From Alphaproteobacteria bacterium (GTDB taxonomy: Bacteria; Pseudomonadota; Alphaproteobacteria; UBA6615), in the NCBI GenBank assembly GCA_027297685.1, contig JAPUHN010000136.1:1-43596 (forward strand): DNA of 43,596 nucleotides, in the 5' to 3' direction. Under the pieces are notes generated by a model. The model was not told where the DNA came from and ran no database searches. It saw only the letters and a list, made by a program, of their open reading frames with translations. This document shows, one piece after another, positions 37,942 through 43,596 of the stretch. A program made the translations under genes and the position numbers. Positions within the stretch are counted from its first letter, which is position 1, and every line of letters starts with the position of its first letter.

Positions 37942-39693
37942 ATGCGGACACTATGCGCGGTTATTGCAGGCGTTATCGGTTTGGGAGTCGGTGTATCGGG
38001 GGCCGGTGCGGCGCCCTCGGGTAGGGAAGCGCCGGTCGTTGATCAGGCCGATCTGACCGGCGCATCGCTGCAGGTCGGTGAAACGGTCTTCGGAAAGTTC
38101 CTGGCGTCGCGCTATGCCGAATCGGTCGGTGATTTCGCCGCCGCGGCGTCGTTTGCCGCTCAGTTGATGGCCGAGAACCCGGATCTGAAAGACATCGCCC
38201 GGCGCGGCCATATGTTGATGGCGAGCGCCGGGCGTATCGCGGAAGCCGCCGAGTTGGCCGAACAAGTGGTGGCTGATAACGAGCGCGATCCCTTGGCCAA
38301 TATGACTCTGGCGGCGCGCGCCTTCGTACGCGAGGATTATCGCGGGGCCCTCAAACGGCTCGACAAAATCGAGCTCACCGGCATTCAGCGCATCATCGTG
38401 CCGTTGATGCGTGCCTGGGCGCTGGCCGGCGACGGCCGTACCGACGCTGCGCTGGTTTTGCTGAAAGACTTGACGGCAACCAACGGCCTCGGCCCGATCA
38501 CCGGCCTCCATGGTGGGTTGATTGCCGATTTGTCGGGCCGGCCCGAGGCGGCCGACGCCGCGTTTACCCGCGGCATTGCGGCCTCCGGCGAATCGGTCTC
38601 TTTGCAAATGGTCGAGGCGTATGCAGGATTATTGGCGCGCAGCAACCAACACGAAAAGGCGGTCCGCCTGGTAGAAGCGTTTACGCTGACGAACCCGAGG
38701 ACGTTGTTGATCGAGCCGGTCCGCACCGCACTGGCCGAAGGCAAAGTGCCCGAACCTGTTGTGACAGGGTTTGCCGACGGAGCGGCCGAATCATTGCACG
38801 CCGTCGCCAACCTGCTGAACCGCGAGCGGTTGCGGGCGCAAGCGTTGATTATGATTCAATTGGCGCTGCATTTACGGCCCGAGTCGCCGGCGACGCTTTT
38901 TCTATTGGGCCAAATTCTCGAGCGCGAAGAACAGCTAGAGACGGCGATGGAGGCATATGGCGGCATCGATCCGTCGACGCCTTACGGCTGGTACGCACGG
39001 CTCAACCTGGCCGATGGGTATCGAACGCAGGACCATCTTGTTAAGGCTGTACGGCTGTTGCGTGCCATGATCCGCGAGCGGCCCGAACGGTCGGACGCGG
39101 CACGCGCCCTTGGCGATTTTCTGCGCATCGATGAACGCTATCGCGAGGCGGTGTCGGCGTATAACACGGCGTTTGAACGCTCAGCCGACGCCGCCGATTG
39201 GCGCTTGTTCTACACCAGAGGAATTGCCTTGGAACGCGCCAAGAAATGGGAGCGCGCCGAGCGTGATTTGTTGAAGGCGCTTGAGCTTGAACCCGACCAA
39301 CCATTGGTTCTCAATTACCTTGGCTATAGCTGGATCGAACAGGGGCACAACCTCGATCGCGCGAAGAAGATGATCGAGAAAGCGGTACTACAGCGGCCGC
39401 AGGACGGCTATATCGCCGATTCTCTAGGCTGGGCGTTGTACAGGTTGGGCAACTACCCGGAGGCGGTAATCAATCTAGAACGCGCGGTCGCACTTGAGCC
39501 GGGTGACCCGATAATCAACGATCACCTTGGCGACGCCTATTGGCTTGCCGGTCGCCGCGAAGAAGCGCGCTTCCAATGGACGCGCTCGCTGTCGCAGGAA
39601 CCCGAGCCCAAGGTCGAAGACATCATCCGCGACAAGTTGAAGGGCAAGCAATTGCCGCAACCGGTGCCGGTGAAACAGCGGCGGGACATCTAG
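37942..39693 (+). CDS. Exported tetratricopeptide repeat protein
   Basis: Signal peptide; TPR repeats; VLNYLGYSWIE, DSLGW..Y, INDHLGDAYW..GR..EA.FQW; usual position upstream of ispE; start uncertain. Confidence 0.88.
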   Translation: MRTLCAVIAGVIGLGVGVSGAGAAPSGREAPVVDQADLTGASLQVGETVFGKFLASRYAESVGDFAAAASFAAQLMAENPDLKDIARRGHMLMASAGRIAEAAELAEQVVADNERDPLANMTLAARAFVREDYRGALKRLDKIELTGIQRIIVPLMRAWALAGDGRTDAALVLLKDLTATNGLGPITGLHGGLIADLSGRPEAADAAFTRGIAASGESVSLQMVEAYAGLLARSNQHEKAVRLVEAFTLTNPRTLLIEPVRTALAEGKVPEPVVTGFADGAAESLHAVANLLNRERLRAQALIMIQLALHLRPESPATLFLLGQILEREEQLETAMEAYGGIDPSTPYGWYARLNLADGYRTQDHLVKAVRLLRAMIRERPERSDAARALGDFLRIDERYREAVSAYNTAFERSADAADWRLFYTRGIALERAKKWERAERDLLKALELEPDQPLVLNYLGYSWIEQGHNLDRAKKMIEKAVLQRPQDGYIADSLGWALYRLGNYPEAVINLERAVALEPGDPIINDHLGDAYWLAGRREEARFQWTRSLSQEPEPKVEDIIRDKLKGKQLPQPVPVKQRRDI

Positions 39694-39727
39694 CGCGGCC
39701 CACTATTGGCTGGCAGGGGGCGAGGCC

Positions 39728-40633
39728 TTGAGCAGCGACGCGACCGTCCTTCGGGAGGCGGCCCCGGCGAAGATCAATCTTTTCCTGCACATCGTTGGCC
39801 GGCGGCCCGATGGCATGCACTTGATCGACAGTCTGGTGGTGTTCGCCGAACTCGGCGATGTCGTGACCGTGCGGCCGGGCACCGATATCTCGCTGACGCG
39901 CTCTGGTTCGATGGCTGGCGACTTGCCGCCGATCGAGGACGATCTGGTGTTTCGCGCGGCACGCTTGTTGGCCGAGACGGCGCAGGTGTCTGCTGGGGCC
40001 ACGATCAACGTGGAAAAAAATCTTCCCGTCGCCAGCGGCCTCGGCGGCGGGTCGGCCGATGCCGCGGCCACAATACGAGCGTTGGCGCGCTTGTGGCGCA
40101 TCGATATGCCGTCCGACCGGCTGGCGTCGCTGGCGCAACGGCTTGGCGCCGACGTCGCCGTCTGCATGGAGAGCCGGCCGTTACGGATCGGTGGCATCGG
40201 CGAGCAGCTTTCGCCGCCAGGCACGCTGGCGCCGCTGCACGCCGTTCTAGTGAATCCGCGCGTTGCGGTTTCCACTGCCGAGGTCTTCGCCGCCTTTGCG
40301 GACGATCCGCAACTGACGGACCCCATTCCCGACGGAACCGAACCCTGGTCGGGCGAGCCGCGCCGGTTTGTCGAGCAACTGGCGGCGCGCCGAAACGATT
40401 TAACCGCGGCGGCGTTAACACTATGCCCGGCGATCGGTGACGTGTTGGCCAGGCTCGGCGCGCAGCCCGAGTGCCTGTTGCAGCGCATGTGCGGCAGCGG
40501 CGCTACTTGTTTCGGCCTCTTCGGCACTTCGTCCGAGGCGCAGGCTGCCGCCGAAACGCTGCGGCGCGAAAACGCCGATTGGTGGGTTGCGGCGACCCGG
40601 CTAAATACTGGTCTCAACACCGGCGGAGCCTAA
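39728..40633 (+). CDS. ispE: 4-diphosphocytidyl-2-C-methyl-D-erythritol kinase
   Basis: APAKINLFLHI.GRR.DG.H, GHMP motif PVASGLGGGSAD, LGADV, NDL, MCGSGATCF. Confidence 0.95.
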   Translation: MSSDATVLREAAPAKINLFLHIVGRRPDGMHLIDSLVVFAELGDVVTVRPGTDISLTRSGSMAGDLPPIEDDLVFRAARLLAETAQVSAGATINVEKNLPVASGLGGGSADAAATIRALARLWRIDMPSDRLASLAQRLGADVAVCMESRPLRIGGIGEQLSPPGTLAPLHAVLVNPRVAVSTAEVFAAFADDPQLTDPIPDGTEPWSGEPRRFVEQLAARRNDLTAAALTLCPAIGDVLARLGAQPECLLQRMCGSGATCFGLFGTSSEAQAAAETLRRENADWWVAATRLNTGLNTGGA

Positions 40634-40668
40634 CTTTTCGCCCGCGCGCGGAGGTTTGAAGCAGGCCC

Positions 40669-40697
40669 TTGCAGCAAATCGTGCGAAGGACGATATT
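40669..40697 (+). promoter_or_regulatory. Putative tRNA promoter
   Basis: TTGCAG-N17-GATATT about 30 nt upstream of the tRNA. Confidence 0.4.
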
Positions 40698-40728
40698 GCC
40701 GACATTGTCAGGCGATTTGCCTGGTTAT

Positions 40729-40803
40729 TGGGGCGTAGCCAAGTGGTAAGGCATCGGGTTTTGATCCCGTGTACCGCAGGTTCGAATCCTGCCGCCCCAG
40801 CCA
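40729..40803 (+). tRNA. tRNA-Gln (TTG)
   Basis: Acceptor TGGGGCG/CGCCCCA, D-loop AAGTGGTAA, anticodon loop TT-TTG-AT, T-arm GCAGG-TTCGAAT-CCTGC, encoded CCA; follows ispE. Confidence 0.96.
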
Positions 40804-41165
40804 ACCATGTAAACCACGGCGTATCGTCGAGGGCGTGGAGTTGAGCGCGACCGAGTAATCGGCACCGGAAACGTGTGGTAGATCAGGTTGTTATGGCTTC
40901 CGACCTTCGCCTCAATTCGATTTGATCCGTGTGAAGGTGAAGAATTCGTACGCCGGAGTGCCCCAGGAAGCCCACAGTCAGCCCCAGGACGCGCTGCTTT
41001 TCCGATCGGAGTTGGGAATTTGATTGATCGAGCGCCCAACGAAAATCAATGCTGAGATGCTACTTGATCGGATGTTTCGATCGGCTAGCTAATAGAACCT
41101 ACTGTCCTGCCGGAACAGGTAGGTCAGCGCAGCCATTGGCTAGTCACAACCGTGGTCACGAAGCG

Positions 41166-41300
41166 TCACGGCCACCCAAACGCGCTTTTAGTATGTTCAT
41201 CGTGGTGGTGATGATAATGGTCGACGTCGCCATAGCGATCATGAACATGATTATGATTATGATCGGCATGGTGATCATCATGCCACTCGAAGCAAAATCT
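41166..41300 (-). pseudogene. His-rich open frame with no start codon (gene remnant, or recoded small ORF)
   Basis: Reads RFCFEWHDDHHADHNHNHVHDRYGDVDHYHHHHDEHTKSAFGWP*; 13 His in 30 codons; preceded by in-frame TGA. Confidence 0.45.
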
Positions 41301-41393
41301 TCATCTGCCCCAAATGTGGCGTGTCAAAGCCTGCACGGTAGAGTCAGAATGTCTTGAAGTCTTGCCTTGGCGCTTATCGCGGACTTGCCATCA

Positions 41394-43151
41394 TCAATCC
41401 TGTTTCTCATAGGGCCAACCAGTATCGACCATTTGGCTGCAGCGGCTGCATTTGCCTTGAAGAGTCCAGCCTTCATGGACTTCTGAAGGCCTACCCGTAA
41501 CGTTAGCGATGCGATGCCTGCCATCCTCTGACTTTTCACAATGAGGCGGCCAGTCCACCTCCCTGTTCTGGACGGCAATATCGAGGTCGCTCATCGAATG
41601 GATGTCGGGCGGACCGCCGAAAATTTCGTCATAGAACCGCTCGGCTCTTTCGGCTTCTTCATCGGTCAGCATTTCGAATTCACGGCCGCGCGCACGCCCG
41701 GACAACTTTCCTCCGTTCTGGTTCAGGAAACGGAACAGCAGATCGGTAAGGCGATCCGGCATATCGGCGATGCTCTGAGTATGCTCCGCGAAAAGATCGT
41801 AACGCCGGAGAAAATCGGTTTCGTTCGGGAGGTCTTCTTCGATCGTTCGCTTCACGCAGCCGAACAGGAATTCGGCATGGGACGTCGCATCGAAGTATCG
41901 ATAGAAGTCCGCCGTATCGTTCAGCACTCTGACATTATTGTCATCGGTCGGTTCCCATTCGACGAATGGCAAAAGCCGTCGCGAATAATCTTCCAAAACT
42001 TCCTTGTACGTATTGATCCGGTCGAGGATGGCGGCAGACACCGGAAACACAACGCCGGGCGGATTAAAACCGCGCTGTGTCAGAACATGGTGGATCAGAT
42101 AGCGATGAATTCGGCCGTTCCCGTCGGCGAAGGGATGGATATAGACGAATCCGAAAGCTAGCGCTGCCGCGGCGATGACAGGATCAAGTTCGCTTCCCGC
42201 TCCACAATCGAAGGCAACGAGACCGTCAATGAGCGAGCCAAGATCATTGTGGCGCGCGCTGATGTGGCCGGGAAGCGGCGCGCCGGTATCGCGTTCGTGC
42301 TCACCGACAAATCCGCCTTCGGTCCGTAACCCCATCCGCACGAAACGCATGTCTTCGATCACGATCCGCTGCAACCTGAGAAGCTCTTCAAGATCGATGG
42401 GATGGCGACCGGCTTCACCGATGGCCGCACCCCAGCGCTGAATACGGTTCTGCGGTGCGCGCTCGCCTTCGATCGCGTAGCTCGACTTTGAATCCTTGAG
42501 CAGCAGAAAGGCGGCGGTACGCGCCAGCAGGTCGTGCGGCACATTGGCGACAACTGCGCGCGCTCTCTCCGCCAGGTTCATGTCCACAAATTCTTTCAGC
42601 GCTGTGGTGCGCCGAACGAGTGGACAGAATTCCGGTGTACCGGGCAGGTTGTTCCTTACGCGATGCCGGGGAGAGTTCTCACCGGGGATGGCCCATTGCT
42701 GATCCGGATCAACAGCGGGAACGTAAGTGCCGCGCTCGACGTCCGGAAGGTTTAAACGCTGCCCTGTCAGCCACTCATACACAAACCAGATGCGCCGGGC
42801 GTAGCTGCCTGTCGGTGTGGCTTGGACGATGGCTTCGATAGCCGCAGCCTCTACAGCTAAAAAAAGGCGCTTAAGGATGGCCAGATCGAGCCCCTCATTT
42901 TTGAGGGCAAAGGTGAGGTGGCCGTCCAATGTCGCGTGGGGGGCATGCCGGGGGGTCAGGATACGCCAGCCTTCTTCTTCTATGACGCGGTGCCGTTCGC
43001 CTGTCGCAAACAATAGGCGCGGCAGGGGCACCGCAAGCCCATACGCATCGATCAGGGCGGCATAACCGGCGGGCGTCGCCCTTTCGGGCAACCGCCTATC
43101 CTGAAAAACCGTGACCGGCCCTGAAAACCTGTGCTGTTCGGCCTCATCCAT
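41394..43151 (-). CDS. Fic family protein (class II, with inhibitory motif)
   Basis: HPFADGNGRIHR Fic motif; SYAIEG matches (S/T)xxxE(G/N); ATG 43151 (TTG 43160 is an alternative). Confidence 0.92.
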   Translation of the reverse strand: MDEAEQHRFSGPVTVFQDRRLPERATPAGYAALIDAYGLAVPLPRLLFATGERHRVIEEEGWRILTPRHAPHATLDGHLTFALKNEGLDLAILKRLFLAVEAAAIEAIVQATPTGSYARRIWFVYEWLTGQRLNLPDVERGTYVPAVDPDQQWAIPGENSPRHRVRNNLPGTPEFCPLVRRTTALKEFVDMNLAERARAVVANVPHDLLARTAAFLLLKDSKSSYAIEGERAPQNRIQRWGAAIGEAGRHPIDLEELLRLQRIVIEDMRFVRMGLRTEGGFVGEHERDTGAPLPGHISARHNDLGSLIDGLVAFDCGAGSELDPVIAAAALAFGFVYIHPFADGNGRIHRYLIHHVLTQRGFNPPGVVFPVSAAILDRINTYKEVLEDYSRRLLPFVEWEPTDDNNVRVLNDTADFYRYFDATSHAEFLFGCVKRTIEEDLPNETDFLRRYDLFAEHTQSIADMPDRLTDLLFRFLNQNGGKLSGRARGREFEMLTDEEAERAERFYDEIFGGPPDIHSMSDLDIAVQNREVDWPPHCEKSEDGRHRIANVTGRPSEVHEGWTLQGKCSRCSQMVDTGWPYEKQD

Positions 43152-43290
43152 GAATTTCAATATCCTAACGCGAAAAACAGCAACCTATCCACTCCAACCT
43201 TGAAAACTTATTATAATCCATGAAAAACTATTATTCAAGAAGTATTTATTGAAATATAATGATAAAATACCAAATCACATGAAAAACTAT
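43102..43290. repeat. Phased array of TGAAAA(A)C-like motifs across the fic start
   Basis: Motifs at 43102, 43122, 43151, 43171, 43201, 43221, 43250, 43280; exact 13-mer CATGAAAAACTAT at 43219 and 43278. Confidence 0.6.
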
Positions 43291-43454
43291 GAATTGGGCC
43301 CGTGCGGCACACAGGGCCTTCTTCTCCGCGCTGTAAGCCGAGGTGACTTTGTTGCAGGGGCACTGGTTGAGTTAACCATCCTCTTTACCACCGCAAACTC
43401 TAATTGTTCGGTTTGCAAACTTTCCCTAGCCTATTGAGATATATCCCCCATACC

Positions 43455-43580
43455 CAGGATGTTTTCGGGGCGTGCCGCTATGGTTCAACGGCCCAGATAT
43501 TCCGGATTGCGGCACGCCCCATTTCCTGACGAGGTCGGCCACATTTGGCCGCCTCGCGGTCAACCCTATGACGATTGACC
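43455..43580. other. Cluster of three hairpins, candidate structured RNA or leader
   Basis: GGGGCGTGCCGC (43467-43478) / GCGGCACGCCCC (43509-43520); GAGGTCGGCCA-CATT-TGGCCGCCTC; GGTCAA...TTGACC. Confidence 0.4.
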
Positions 43581-43596
43581 TGGTGGGCTCCGATCG

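Noticed and set aside
40754-40770. U-U mismatch at the top of the tRNA-Gln anticodon stem, suggesting a pseudo-tRNA
   Set aside because: Mismatches at 27-43 are tolerated; all other arms, U1-A72 and CCA are intact
41049-41357. 102-aa plus-strand ORF with a Met/Ile/Val-rich hydrophobic stretch (possible membrane toxin)
   Set aside because: The hydrophobic run is what the reverse complement of His/Asp/Asn codons produces; no SD. Not fully excluded
43372-43379. CtrA half-site TTAACCAT
   Set aside because: No second TTAA at N7 spacing; a single 8-mer is too weak

Overview
GC-rich alphaproteobacterial chromosome segment (gene content and order suggest Rhodospirillales or similar), mostly core genes. 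In order: 3' end of an M32 carboxypeptidase, thrC, M16 peptidase, RimJ-like GNAT, YqgE/AlgH, DsbD/ScsB-like protein, Prx5, rnhA-thrB-ispH, a tandem-CDGSH protein, a lipoprotein, a tandem glycine riboswitch with gcvT-H-PA-PB, the F0 ATP synthase operon, smc, DsbA, an apparently inserted lemA-DUF2207 pair, dciA, mutY, ccrM, rnhB, a CPA2 antiporter, a PA0069-type radical SAM protein, an APH-like kinase, moaB, an SLT, family-4 UDG, ETF-QO, a TPR protein, ispE and tRNA-Gln(TTG). After the tRNA the sequence looks accessory. It holds a His-rich open frame, an autoinhibited (class II) Fic protein with an extra C-terminal Cys/His domain, a helically phased TGAAAA motif array and a hairpin cluster. Best leads: (1) a LexA box in front of the radical SAM gene, whose product ends in a beta-clamp-type QLxLF motif; (2) the Fic locus and its flanking elements; (3) mutually exclusive hairpins upstream of ETF-QO. 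All calls come from reading motifs by eye; no searches or folding programs were run, and several start codons are estimates.
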